Origin: the human T2T-CHM13v2.0 reference genome, Homo sapiens
Length of the DNA stretch: 64,000 bases
Reading direction: 5' to 3' (one strand)
Assembly: GCF_009914755.1 (NCBI RefSeq)
Contig: NC_060944.1
Position numbers and translations under genes: made by a program. Each line of letters starts with the position of its first letter. Position 1 is the first letter of the stretch. Shown one piece after another: positions 34,335 through 47,687 of the stretch. The notes under the pieces were generated by a model that worked only from the letters and a program-made list of their open reading frames with translations, did not search any database and was not told where the DNA came from.

Positions 34335-34620
34335 CAGTGCTTGTGCATGTGTCCACATATGTGCGTGTGTGCTTGTGTGTCTGCCCGCATGCATATGCAC
34401 GTGTGTGTGCATTTGCATACGTGTGTGTATGTGTGCATGTCTGCATGTGCGTGTGTGTGTCATGTTGGAGGAGTGGTGTGCCTGTGTGTGTGTGTGTGTT
34501 CACGGTTGTGTGTGTGTATGTTGTGTTGGAAGAGTGGTGTGCATGTGTGTGTGTGTTCACGGTTGTGTGTGTGTGGGTGTGCACGCGTGTGTGGGTGCTG
34601 TGTTGGAGGAGTGGTGTTTG
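34335..34620. repeat. Degenerate TG-rich repeat
   Basis: TG tracts with the repeated spacers TGTTGGAGGAGTGG and TTCACGGTT. Confidence 0.9.
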
Positions 34621-35547
34621 TTTCTAAACAGAGCTCTTCCATGGCAGTAAAGGCTGGGAATGCGTGTGGGGGTTACTTCATTCTTCCCTGGCCACAGTGT
34701 CTCTATCTGCCTCCCAGGCCTGGCCTCAGGCTTATTGAGGAGATGCCCTCAGGATCCCTCCAAGATCAGCAACACCCCCACCTCTGGAGCCAGGGACCAC
34801 CACGTCCCCAGGTGCTCTTCAGATGCAGGCATCCCCGTCTGCCCGCTGTGGCCCTGCAGAGAGTGAGCTGGGAGGGCTGACTTCAGGGCTGGGTGGCAGA
34901 GAGGCACATTCTGGTGGAGTCCGCAGGCCAGTTGGCAGCTGGGCAGCCCAGCTGGTGCAGACAGCCCCCATGCCTGCCCAGGGCCAGGCATGGACCCCAT
35001 GGCAGCAGCCTCCACCCTGTGAGCAGTCCACAGGCAGCCTGGAGCACAGCCCCTCTGTCTGCTGAGGCTGGGTTCAGACACCCTCAACCCCTCTCAACTG
35101 TGTGCTTGGGACTCACCTTGGCCTCCTAGTGTCCCAGTTTCCTCACTAGGATATAGGCAGCCCTGGCCTCTAGGAGGGCTCAGAGAATAGACAGATGAGG
35201 CCACTGCCCCCAGGTGGCCCACATTCTAGTGGGAGGTGCCTGGGAGGAGCACGTGGAAATGGTGTCTGGGTTTCATCAGAGAGGATGGGAATGATGGAAT
35301 AGGGGTGATGGGCACCTGCACAGGGAGGAGGAGCTTTGGACGCACAGGGCTCAAAGCAGATGGGATGGTGGTGCTCCCCAGGGGGAAGGGGAGTGATCCT
35401 CCCCAGGGGAATGGGGTTGTGATCCTCCCCAAGGAGAAAGGACACTGGTCCTCGCCATGAGGAAGGGGCATGGATCCTGCTCAGGGGGCAGGGGATGTGG
35501 TCACCCACTGGGGCTGGGGAGAGTGAGCCCTCATGGTGCACATGGCA

Positions 35548-35887
35548 GTGAGTGTGTGCATGCGTGTATGGGTGTGTGTGTGCGTGCATGTATGGGTGTG
35601 TGTGGGTGTGCATGCGTGTATGGGTGTGTGTGCGCATGTGTGTATGGGTGTGTGTATGGGTGTGTGTGTGTGTGCATGCATGTATGGGTGTGTGCATGCA
35701 TGTATGGGTTGTGTGCATGCGTGTGTGTGCATGTGTGAGTGTGTGTATGCATGTGTGTGCATGCATGTATGGGTGTGTGTGCATGTGTGTGTGTGCATGC
35801 ATGCATGTATGGGTGTGTGTGCGTGCATGTGTGTGTGTGTGCATGCATGTATGGGTGTGTGTGTGTGCATGCGTGTGTGAGTGTGTG
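35548..35887. repeat. TG/TGCATG-rich repeat (TGTGTGCATGCATGTATGGG)n
   Basis: Read directly. Confidence 0.95.
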
Positions 35888-37124
35888 CCCGCCTTTCAGC
35901 CGTGTTCTCAAAACTGTGGATCTGCTCAGCCCTGAGGGAAGGCTGGGCCATACCCTAAAAATCGATCTTCCCTCTCAAGGTGCCCCTGTGATCCGCTCAG
36001 CCTCCTGGGCTCAGGGAGACTTCTCCACCTTTAACCAGAACCAGAATCAGGCCTATCCAATGCGCTGCCTTTCAGGTCGCGGAGCCCACACAGCCTAGAA
36101 TCCATCCTTCAGATGTCTGTGTTCCTTTGGACTAAGCGGCGGCCCTGCTCTCCAACCCCTTCCATGGTGGTGTTATCTGGGACAGCTTTGTTAGTCACCC
36201 TCGGGTCCCACAGGTCCTAGTAGGAGTTTCATGGGCAGGAAATGGCCCTGCTCCTGGTGGGATTGGCTGTCAGGGCCCCAGGGTACCCGAAACCCCCTGA
36301 CACAGGGGTGGAGACAGGATGGGGGGATCCAGAGAGCAGCACGACCTCTGCTTCCTGAGTTCCCTCCCCTCCCCTCAGATGGTCCAGGCTGGACATCAGT
36401 GAGACAGGCAGTGGCTGCCATATTACTCTCACCCCATGGGTGGCATGTAGGGCACCTTTGGGGTTGGGGTAAGACATGACTTTACCTCCAAGATCAGGGG
36501 GTGTCCTGCCCTGTCCCCCAACCTGGGGCATCCTTTGGGTGGGAGCCGTCCACCTGGTCTCCTGCCCAGCCTCCCCTTGGCTGCACCAGCTGAGAGCCAG
36601 AGGTCCTGGGGGTCCCTACAGTTCAGTATCCAGGTACAAACTGGGAGGGGGCTTTGGGGTGGAGACATCCAGCGTAGGGGTCAAAAAGAGAAAGGTCACA
36701 GCTTGGACTTTTGATAAGTTGCCAAACTGCTCTGCAGGCGAGCTATGCTCGTCCCCCTCTCCCCAGCAACACGAGAGCACCCTTACGGTGCAAACACTAG
36801 TTTGCAGTCTAATGTTTTCAAACGCCATCATTGGCCGTCATTGAGTGCCTTGGCATTTCTCTAATCAGTGGTGCCCGTGAGCTGTTTCTCTTGTGCTCTG
36901 TGCCATTCTTTCCCGGAGCATCGCGGCCCATGTGCTCTCCACAGGACATTCATCTTCTCATTGATTTTCAAGAGTCCTTTATATACTGCAAGTATTAACT
37001 CTTTTTTAAAAGATCATTTTTTAACTTTTCATTTTGAAGTAATTACAGGGTTTTAACAAGTTGCAAAAACAGTAGAAAAGTTCCTGTGGACTCTTCATCC
37101 AACGTCCCCAAAAGTTAGCTTTGA

Positions 37125-37422
<298 letters not shown>

Positions 37423-37509
37423 TTAGCTTTGAGGATAGTGATCAATTGTACAATGATCAGAGAATGGCCACTGATACAACAGGATCACCCAGCAAACCCC
37501 TCATGCACG

Positions 37510-37598
37510 CCCTGCTGACCATCCCACTCACCCCTGCTGACCGTCCCGCTCACCCCTGCTGACCGTCCCACTCACCCCTGCTGACCGTCCCACTCACC
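37510..37598. repeat. 22-bp tandem repeat x4 (CCTGCTGACCGTCCCACTCACC)
   Basis: Period 22 read directly. Confidence 0.9.
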
Positions 37599-37790
37599 AC
37601 CCTTTCCTAGTCCAGGGTCCCATGTTGTGTTTAGTCCTCGTGGCCCCTTAGTCTCTCAATCTGGGACGAATCCTCAGTCTTTGTTTTTTCATGACATTGA
37701 CACTTCTAAAGAATATTGTCAGTTATTTTGTGGACTATCCCTTAATTTGGATTCACTGTAGATTTCCTCATAATTAAATTCCACTTATAC

Positions 37791-38080
37791 AGCTGGGCAC
37801 AGTGGCTCACATCTGTAATCCCAACACTTTGGGAGGCCAAGGTGGGAGGATCACTTGAGGCCAGAAGTCAAGACTGGGTAATATAGCTACACCCCATCTC
37901 TACAAAGTAAACAGTAAAACAAGAACAACAACAAAAAAACAAGCCAGATGTGGTGGTGTGTGCCTGTAGTCCCAGCCACGGAAGGCTGTAGTGAGCTGTG
38001 ATCACACCACTGTACTCTAGCCTGGGCAACACAGTGAGACCCCATCTCTAAAAAAAAAAAGGAAAGAAAAAAGAAAAAAA
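37791..38080 (+). mobile_element. Alu (AluJ-like) with an internal right-arm deletion
   Basis: GTAGTCCCAGCCACG joins directly to GAAGGCTGTAGTGAGC; A-rich tail. Confidence 0.92.
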
Positions 38081-38632
38081 ATTAAACTGTACAATTTTGT
38101 CAAGAATACAGCAAAAGCAATGCTGATGGAGTTTCCTGGTGTCCGTGTGCCCGTTGCTGGCGATGCTGACTTTGATCTGGGGTTTGGTGGTGTCTGCTCC
38201 CGTTGACTTTGATGACGGTTCCCACCAGGATTCTGCGGCTGAGTTGGAATTCTATGGTAAGGAAAAGCTGTCTCTCCCCAATGCCTGTTTATTTATTTAC
38301 GTCAGTACGGACTTGTAGATTCTTCTTCTATGGGTTATGTTTAACATCTCATCAATATCTTCCCCCACATTGTTCAGATTTGCCCAGTGGACTCCTCCCC
38401 GTGGGATCCGATGTCACGTGGGCGTGTCCTGCCTGTGTTGGCTGCGAGCGTTTCCTCCTGACTCACACCCAGTAGAGCTGCAGCCTCCACTGGGCGAGGC
38501 GGCCTTGGAAAAGGAGGCGGGTGCTGTCCTGCTGTGGAGGGGCTGGCGGGAGGTGGGTTCTGCAGGGTCAGTCCCGGGAGGTGCAGCTGTGGAGGGGCTG
38601 CTGACCCCCAGGATCCCCGAGGCCGCCTGCTC

Positions 38633-39110
38633 CCGAGAGGCCGCCCCACACGCCAGCCTCAGCGTCGGGAGAGGAAGCCCCACATGCCAGCCTCAAGGTC
38701 AGGAGAGGAAGCCCCACATGCCAGCCTCAAGGTCGGGAGAGGGCGCCCCACATGCCAGCCTCAGCGTCGGGAGAGGAAGCCCCACATGCCAGCCTCAAGG
38801 TTGGGAGAGGAAGCCCCACACGCCAGCCTCAGCGTCGGGAGAGGAAGCCCCACATGCCAGCCTCAAGGTCGGGAGAGACCGCCCCACATGCCAGCCTCAG
38901 CACCAGGAGAGGCCGCCCCACACACCAGCCTCAGCGTCGGGAGAGGAAGCCCCACACGCCAGCCTCAGCGTCGGGAGAGGAAGCCCCACACGCCAGCCTC
39001 AGCGTCGGGAGAAGCAGCCCCACACGCCAGCCTCAGTGTCGGGAGAGGAAGCCCCCACACGCCAGCCTCAGCACTGGGAGAGGCAGCCCCACACACCAGC
39101 CTCAGCGTCA
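38633..39110. repeat. 34-bp minisatellite, about 14 copies (GGGAGAGGAAGCCCCACACGCCAGCCTCAGCGTC)
   Basis: Two interspersed unit types (...CAGCGTC and ...CAAGGTC). Confidence 0.97.
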
Positions 39111-39659
39111 GGCTCTGAGTCCCGTTTCTGCCTCTGGGCTCCTCGTATGTGTGTGTCAGCATCAGATGCAAAGAAAGGGGACGTATCCTGGTGGGGGGAC
39201 CCGGAGTCTCCGTTGCCCCCACAGATCAGTCTCTGGGTGCCTCCCTTGGTGCTGAGAGCAGGGAGGGCCTGAGAGCCATCCCGAGCCCGTCTTGGTTCAC
39301 GCTTCCCTGCCTGGCAGGACCCAGGGAGAGCTGGGCGGGTGGGGCAGCCACTCCCGGCAGTTCCGAGAGGATCTGGAGGAAACGTGCCTTACTGCAAGGA
39401 GATGGCTGGCTAGCGGTGGAGCCCTGGGCGCCCTCAGGGGAGAGCCTTCCGGGGACAGCTGCCACCCTTCTGTGGTGCCGGCCTCCTTCCCGCCATGCAC
39501 CATGCCCACGGCACCCAGATGGTGGAGCCGCCGCCGGTTCACACTCTGGGGAGTTTTCCCAGCAACAGGTCCCTCCAGCCAGGGCATGCAGGAAAGTGCC
39601 CTTACGACGTGCTCAGGGATACAGCCACTGCTCCCAAACGTCTCTGCCCAGAAAGGCAG

Positions 39660-39800
39660 GTGGGATGTTGACCATAGACACAATAACCAACGCTTGCTGT
39701 CGTGGGGCCTGTTTGACAGAGGGACAATGGAGGCCAGAGAGGCAAAGGTGACTTGTCCAAAATCACCCAGCCAGGGCCATTAGCCACCTGCTCAGCACTG
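39660..39800 (-). mobile_element. MIR relic
   Basis: TTTGACAGAGGGACAATGGAGGCCAGAGAGG...GTGACTTGTCCAAAATCACCCAGC. Confidence 0.65.
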
Positions 39801-40749
39801 CAGCTTTTGTGCCAGGGACCTGCAGACACTCACTCACACTCATGGAGCCAGGAGGACCAATCCATGAGCACAGGGCACCTCGGAGTCCCGGGCGGGCATT
39901 CTCCGGCGTCCTTCTTCTGAAGCTTCTGAAAAGTTGCTGAGAAAGACAGAGAGGGTGACAAGAAGAGGACAGGTGTGAGACCCTGCAGAACTGGGTTCCA
40001 CGTGCCAGCAGGACCCAGAGACCACGGCACTCCCTTCTCCCTACTAACTGGAGACTCCGAGAGGAGTTCTAGACATGGCAAGACGAAACAAGTCCGTATC
40101 CCTTCTTTCCCAGAATCGAGAAAAATGACCGCATTTGTCAGCAGAGCATGCACTAGGCGAGCCCTGCCTTGCTGTTTAATTCATCCCAATGCTCCTTCCG
40201 AAGGGGCCCTCAGAGGATGCTTCCAAAGCCTGGCATAGGCGAAGCTCAGGACCCTGCACCAGGAGGTCCCACCCCGGAGCCCGGATCACTCCGGGAATCA
40301 CAGCTTTCGGGAGGAGCACCTTGCTACCGAGCCTTTGGGGTCCTGCCCGGGCCAGCCCTTCTGCTTAGGGACCTGCAGTGACCCTGTGCTGGGTCATGTT
40401 CTTCTTGGCACAATGAGCACTCCCTGGGCAGGTGGTCCTGGCCCCTGGGAGCTCGGGGATAGAAACATAGAAGAGGTGTGGTCGGTGCATCTCTCAGATG
40501 ACTCCACTTAGAGTAGTGTCCCCTGCCTCCAGCTTCCACCAGAGTGTGCCTTGGTGGAGACAGTTGCCAGCATGGAGGGGGCATGACCAGCCTGGGCCAC
40601 TGCCAGCCTTGCTCAGCTGACAGCTGCTGCATGACCTTTGGCATGGCCTGTGGTCTCCCTAGGCCTCCCCATCTGTTGAACAAGAAGTGATCTGGACCAG
40701 AGACAAGCTGGCAGCCACGGCTGGGCAGCACCCACAGGCATGTGCGTCT

Positions 40750-41345
40750 TAGGGCTGTGCAGTGCTGTTGAAAGTTTGCCGTACACTGCTGGGGGGGATG
40801 GAAGATGGTTCGGCCACTCTGTAAAACTGTCCTGCAGGTTCTTAAGCTAGACACACCCCTACCAGAGACTCAGCCGTTCCACTCCTAGGAATTCTTCCCA
40901 GAGGGATGAAAACGCGTTCACACAAGGACTTATGCATGACTGTCCATAGCAGTTTTATTTGTGATAGCAAAAACCTGGGGGAAAAACCAAAATGTCTACC
41001 AACAAGTGATTGGATGAACAAATCATGGTGCATCCATACAACGCAGAAATAAAAAGGAGTGGAATTTTGAAACACATGACAAAATCAAACGTGAAAATAA
41101 TTATGCTGCGTGAAAGAAGGCGTGTATACATGTGACTTCGTTCATATGGAATTCTGCAAAATGCAGTTGTCTGTAGTGACATCGGTGGTTCCTGGGGACA
41201 GGGGTGGGAGGACACAGGCAGGAGGACATGCTGTGGGTGACGAGGTTCACCGTGGACCATGGGAAGGGTTTCGTGGGTGTGCACATAGGTCGAAGCTTTC
41301 CAAATCATCACTTTTACATGTGCAGTTGATTGTGTCAAATAATCC
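40750..41345 (+). mobile_element. Old L1M ORF2 end and 3'UTR
   Basis: TTCCACTCCTAGGAA...CATAGCAGTTTTATTTGTGATAGCAAAAACCTGG...AATTATGCTGCGTGAAAGAAG. Confidence 0.85.
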
Positions 41346-41489
41346 TCAGTAGAGCTGGTCAAGATAGTTGAAACTATATTCAAAACTGGGAAACTGAACA
41401 TAATGACCCCAATTGCACATTTCTGTTGGAAAATTAGAAGTTCTGGTAACACTAGGCCTGTATTCAGGTGTGGTGTGGGGAGTGGGGTG

Positions 41490-41750
41490 TGGCTTCCATG
41501 GGCTGGGCGTGGCTGTGTTGGGTTGGGCGTGGCTGGGCTGGACACGGCTGAGCTGGGCTGGGCGTGGCTAGGCTGGGCTGGGTTGGGTGTGGTTGGTCAT
41601 GGCTATGTTGGGCTGGGTGTGGCTGGGTGTGGTGTGGCGTGGCTGGACTGGGCATGGCTGCACTCAGCTGTGTTGGGCTGGATGTGACTGGGCGTGGTGT
41701 GGCGTGGCTGGGCTGTGCGTGGCTGCACTCAGCTGTGTTGGGCTTGGCTA
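41490..41750. repeat. GGCTG/GGTGT pentamer-based G-rich repeat
   Basis: Degenerate GGGCT/GGCGT/GGGTT pentamers. Confidence 0.9.
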
Positions 41751-42965
41751 CTGCCCTCTGCACAGGCCTCACCGCTCCTCACTGTCCACGCGCTCTGTGG
41801 TCCAGCATCATTTCTGGTCTCGTTGGCTCTGCGGATTGTGTCCCTTATGCCTGGCCAGCTGCCTTCATCAAGGGTGACTGCCTGGTGCCTGCACAAGTTT
41901 GAGTTTGATGGACTTAAATGAATTTCACACTTTTAGTCACTGAAACTTTGGCCAACCTCCATCTTCCTACAGAAGCTCCAAGCATGAAAAACACAAATGT
42001 GGAGTTACGGTGTCTAAAGCGCTGTCAGCCCTTCCAGCCCTGCACACTCCCTCCTTCTCCTCCCGGGGTGGCCACGAGGCAGCTCTAGGGTTTGCACATC
42101 AGAGTAGTGCTGGGTGTCCTTCCCCTCCCTTGCCCTGGCAGTTCCAGGCCCTGTGCCAGGACCACACACCTCCCACACAGGTCCTCTCATGGGGCTGGTG
42201 CCCCCGAGCACACGATCCCCTCTCCCTGATCCCAGGCTCCTCTGTCATGGGAGGGGTGCGAGTTCTTGGAGGCCGAGAGTGTGGCCTGCCCAGGACCACT
42301 GGGAAAATGCAGGGTGAACTGTGGGTCTGGGTGACTCTCATGAGCCCCTCCTCCATCCCCCACAGCCCCTAAAGAGTGGGACGGTCTCAGGACCGCGTCC
42401 CGGGGTGAATCGTGCTCCTGAAATGGGGACTGTGGTGCACAGTCACATCATCCCTTCACACGGCGGCCACCAGGACACCTTCAGGGCACTTCCGGTGGCA
42501 GGAAACATCCCCAGGCCTGACTGCGCCTGAGGACGGTGATGCCATGGACCAGGAGCGCTTCCCAGAGCGGGAGCAGGCGCTCGCTGGCTGGAGCTCCCCC
42601 ACTGTGTCTGACGCCTCATTCCCTGGATGTTCAGGGTTCCGGTGCTCAGCAAGAACCTGTCCGGACACGCTGGGGAGCAATGCCCCCACAGAACATCGGG
42701 GGCCAGCTGGACCATGGCACGTGCCAGACACTGCACCCCAGCAGCGTTGCATGCTTCTCCAGGGCACGCAGAGCAGTGACCAAGGCCGACCGCGCTGGGT
42801 CCCAGCACAAGTCTCAGTAGATCTTAAAAGACTCAAGTCGTGCAGAGAACAAAGTAAGAATAATCTCAAGATTTGTTGAGACTTGTGTTCCTTGACTATC
42901 CCAGAATTAGAATGAAAGGAGAACCCAATACAGAACATCCTGAAACATTAAGCAACTCAATTCTA

Positions 42966-43277
<312 letters not shown>

Positions 43278-43359
43278 TCATGAGTTGTTTAGAAGTTGTT
43301 AATTAAAACAACATATCAACAGAGGAGGTGACCTGGTATTTTTAAAATGTAACTTTCAT

Positions 43360-43780
43360 TGTTATTCAGGTAGGGTGAGGCCCACAGGTCAGGAGACAAC
43401 CACCATCAAAAAGATGATTTGTCACGGGTCCCAAGAGGACAGAGCTGGCCGCATCACCACGGTGAAGGGGCACAGGGCAAGCACCAGGTAGGCCAGGAGG
43501 CAGAGGGTGCGAGGAACGTGGTGTGGGAAGGACCAGGCCAGGGGGTGGACAGGTGGAGAACTGGCTGGTTGCATTAATGCCAGCTGGTCTGGGTGTAGCT
43601 CCTGGCCCTGGGGTGATTAGGGCAGGGGGACGTTGGCCCAGAGTGTGGCCCAGTTGGGGAGCGGTTGGGGTGTGGGCTCTGGAATCCTTGATTTGCTTAT
43701 GAAGGGTGATCTTGCTGGGAAGCCCTTGGAGGGGGAGCCCCTCCTGGGTCACCCCAGATGTCAAAGCGCAGAAGCACAGG
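43360..43780. mobile_element. ERVL-type LTR, MER76-like
   Basis: Begins TGTTATTCAGGTAGGGTGAGGCCCACAGGTCAGGAGA, resembling the recalled MER76 terminus; GC-rich insert within A-rich L1. Confidence 0.55.
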
Positions 43781-43937
43781 GTTAATGCAGAGGTAATTAG
43801 ACACTATTTTGAATTCAATGGAAATTAAAACAACATATCAACATTTGTGGGATGCAGATTGACTGGTGTTTAGGATAGATTTTACAGCAGTAATTGCTGA
43901 AACGATAAAAAAGGAAGAGATCACAAATCACTCTAAG

Positions 43938-44152
43938 CCAAGAGCCAGCAAGCTACAGCCCACCGGCCATGTCTGGCCCCTTCTTGCTGTTGAAAATAAA
44001 GTTATGCTGGAGAACAACTTGGTATTTTATGTGTTTTCTGTTGCTGCTTTCACGCTACAACAGCAGTTGAGTGGTTGCAACAGACACCACGTGGCTCACA
44101 AAACCAAACATATTTACTCTCTAGCCCTTTACAGAAAACCCTTGCCAACTAT
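43938..44152 (-). mobile_element. MER58A hAT-Charlie relic
   Basis: AAATAAAGTTATGCTGGA...TTGAGTGGTTGCAACAGA...ATATTTACTCTCTAGCCCTTTACAGAAAA. Confidence 0.85.
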
Positions 44153-44510
44153 GATAGGAGCTTTCACCTGGAGAAACTAGTAAGGGAAAAATAAATTACA
44201 AAACGCATGCGGAAAGTAGAAGGTAATAAAGATCAGGGTGGAAATCAGCTGAACAAAAAACAAAAACAGAAAATAGAGAAAATAAATGAAACCCAAGCTG
44301 ATTCTTTGAAAAGATCAATACAATTGATAAGCTGCTGGCCAGACTGACCCCAAAACAAAGAGACCCTCATTACAAACATGGAGGCTAAAAAGGACATCAC
44401 CGCAGACCCTACAGATGGGAAAAAAGAGTCGAGGGGGATGGTGTCCAATCTTCTGCCCATATATTCCACAACTTGGAAGAAATGAACAAACACCTTGCAA
44501 GGAGAAACCT

Positions 44511-45300
44511 TTCCTTTCATGCATTAAAGACATCGTTCTGCTGTCTCCTGGCTGCCGTGGTTTCTGGCAAGAATTCTGTAGTCACTGGAGTCACTGCTTT
44601 TGTGTACGAAATGTGTTGTTTTTCTCTAGCTGCTTTCCAGATGTTTTCTTCAGTTTTCAGCAATTTGATGATGCTATGTCTGGGTCTATTTTCCTTTCTG
44701 TTTATCTTCTTTGGGGTTCACTGAGCTTCTTGAATGCTTACATTTATGTATTTCACCAGACTTGGGATGTTTCAGCCAATATTCCTTCAAATAACTTTCT
44801 GCCCCAACCTCCTCCTTGCTTTCTGGAACCAGGTATGTGCTGGGCCTTTCGATACGACCCCAGCTGGCCCGTGATGCTTGTTCTTGTTTTTCCTCTTTAT
44901 CTTCGTTCTTCGGAGTGGATATTTTCTATTTATCTGTCTTCACGTTCGCTGGCTTTCCTTTGTCTCCATTCTGCTATTGAGTCCATCAGTACAATTTTAA
45001 TTGCAGATACTCTATTCTTTTAGTTCAAAAATACTCATTTGTTTATTTTTTTTCCTACCTCTCTGTGAGGTTTATTATTCATTTCATCTAATGCTCCTTT
45101 CTGAGGTGTGTGTGCGTGTGCTGTGTATGCGTGCAACTCGCAAAGCAGTTACCGCGGCTGCTGTAGGCATCTGTGTCAGTTGGGGCTGGCATCTGAGCAT
45201 TGTCTGTTCTCTTGAGGATGATCACACCTTCCTAGTTTTGTGTCTATTGAGTAATTTTGTTTTACGTCTGAGCACACCGTGTGGACTCTGGGTGCTGTCC
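44511..45300 (-). mobile_element. Old L1 ORF1-region fragment, antisense
   Basis: T-rich sequence, e.g. TTTCAGCAATTTGATGATGCTATGTCTGGG...TTGGGGTTCACTGAGCTTCTTGAAT. Confidence 0.75.
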
Positions 45301-45466
45301 TAGCCCTCGGGGAACGTTGCTGTTTCCACTTTAGCAGCCAGGTTCATCCCAAACCCCACCTCTCTCAGTGTGGTTCTCAAGACCTTTGCTGGGTTGGCAC
45401 TGCTGGGTGGCACTGTGACACTTATGCGGATTCATGCACAGAATTAGGCAATTGCCGTGTCCAGCC

Positions 45467-45688
45467 CTCCCCCTTCCGGGGTTCCGCCCCCTCTCTTCCC
45501 TGGCTCTCCCCCTTCTAGGGTTCCGCCCCCTCTTTTCCCCTGCTCTCCTCCTTCCAGGGTTCTGCCCCCTCTCTTCCCCCACTCTCCCCCTTCTGGGGTT
45601 CTGCCCCCTCTCTTCCCCGGCTCTCCCCCTTCCAGGGTTCCACCCCTCTCTTCTTCCCCGGCTCTCCCCATTCTGGGGTTCCACCCCT
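45467..45688. repeat. 39-bp C/T-rich minisatellite, about 6 copies
   Basis: CTCCCCCTTCCAGGGTTCCGCCCCCTCTCTTCCCCGGCT-like units; 13-aa periodicity in the ORFs. Confidence 0.95.
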
Positions 45689-47687
45689 TTCTTACCTGTA
45701 GGACTCCTTTTCCCAGGTTGGGGTTTCTATCTGCGTTTTAGCTGCTTGTGTTGCCATGTGGATCTGAGAGTGGGGCTTGCCCTCCAGACAAAGCCACAAG
45801 GAGGAAACCAGAAACTCCACGGCAGGTCACTCCTCCAAGTTCCGCCTCCGCCCTGCAGTCTCCTTACTTTGCAGGTCCTCAGTAGTTGTCTGTGTCTCAT
45901 CCAGAGCTTGGTCACAGTTAGGGGAGGGCTAGGCTAAGCCATAGCAGGCTCGTGGATAAAACGTCACCTCCCTGGCTCTTTCCCAGGATTTCCTGGCAGA
46001 GGCCACATTTATAAGCCATGCAGTGTAGTCACCTGCTGTGTGCCAGGCAGCAAGCGCCATTAGCCCGGGAGGTGGTGAACAGCTCCTGGGGGCACCAGCC
46101 AGCACCGTCACCGTTTGGCAGCGGAGGCTGCGGCCAGCTCCTTGTCAGGTGAATGTGCTGCATGTTGATGCAACACCTTCCTCTTCTTGCCAACCCTGGG
46201 CCAATGTCCTCAGACACAGGCAGCAACGGAAGTGGCCACCTGCCCACCATGGCCTGGGGAGAAGGGGGAAGGGTCTGACTGGGGGAGCCTCAAGACTGTG
46301 CCACTTGCCCCAATCCCATGAGAGGCACCTGCTATGGCACCTCGAGCTGGGGCAGAAGGCCTGGAGCCCGTGCCTGGATGCTGCCCAGGACTCTCAAGCT
46401 AGTCCAGTGGCCTTGGCTGCAAAGTCCTGCTCAGGCCCACGTTTCCCCAGTGCCTTGCCCAGCTCCAGAGGGAAGTGATTGACCGCAGAGCCGATGAGCT
46501 CAGAGCCGGTGGTGGGCAGTCTGGCCGGATGGCGGTGACTCAGGGAAGCGGAGGGGCTCCCCCCACCCCGCTGCTGCTGCCCCCCGCGTCCCCCCCGCCT
46601 GCAGTAACTGACAGGAAGGGGCGGGAGGCGGATGGGCCGTGACAGCTTAATGGCTTCGGTTAAAGCATCCTCTGATCGTGCTGGCGCTGGGAGAGGCTCT
46701 GAGCTCGGGTGGCACTGCGGGCACTCTGGACACTGTCTCCGGCTGCCGCTGAGCTGGGAGGCTCCTTTCCAGCAGGCCACGCAGTCAGGGGCACCTCCTG
46801 CCGCAGCACCTGCCCAGCCCTCTGGGGACCAGAGTGAGCAAAGTGCTGGTGCTGGACCTGGCCACCGCCAGAGGCAAACACAGTTGGCCAGACCCAGGCC
46901 CCACCTGTTCACGAGATGCCCCATCCCTTGGAGCCTCCAGGAGCCAGGGCAAGTGTGGAGGCAGGTGAGACCCAGCGCCAGCGTTTGCTTCAACCAAAGA
47001 ACCACAGCAGAGCCGCTGGGGACAGCTTGTTCAGCCAGTGCATAATCAGTACTCAGGATTGTGGCTGGTGCCCCTGGCAGACTCAGCCCTACGGGGATCG
47101 GCCCCCAGACGTGCCACAGCTTGGCCACTCTGCTCTGAGGAGCTGTCTGTGCCCAGCACGCGTTCCAGCTTCTGGGATGCACAATAGGCGCCCAGGCCTA
47201 GGCTGCGGGACGACCATGCTTGCTGCTCACAGCGCCTGTGAGTCAGAGACTCCGACAGGCCACTTGGGATGGCCCAGGCCTCCTCCCCAAGGTCTGCAGC
47301 CTCCTCGGGGAAGCCTTGGGGCCAGAGCCTGGAGACTCCAGAGGGAGTCTCCTACAGACGATGCCGCCATCAGTGGGACCTGCAGCCGGGATCTCGGGCT
47401 GGGCCTCTCCGGCAGCCCCACATGTGACATGGGTGGGCTTCCCGAGGCCAGCACTTGAGAGAGAGGTGGAAGCCGAGACGCGGAGCCACCTGGCATCCTT
47501 TCCGACAGTCACGAGGCCCTCAGATTCCAGAAGAGGGGACAGAGACCCCTCCATGGGAGCAGCCTTGGTCATGCTAGAGAAGAGCCTGGGGCTGGGAGAC
47601 CCATGGGGCATCTTTTGAAAATGCCTCCAGTCACTCGTGTGGCCACCCAGCAAGGCCCCGAGTCATGCACAGCCCACCCGTGCATGC

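Noticed and set aside
38337-39272. 311-aa repetitive ORF and overlapping ORFs
   Set aside because: Produced by the 34-bp VNTR.
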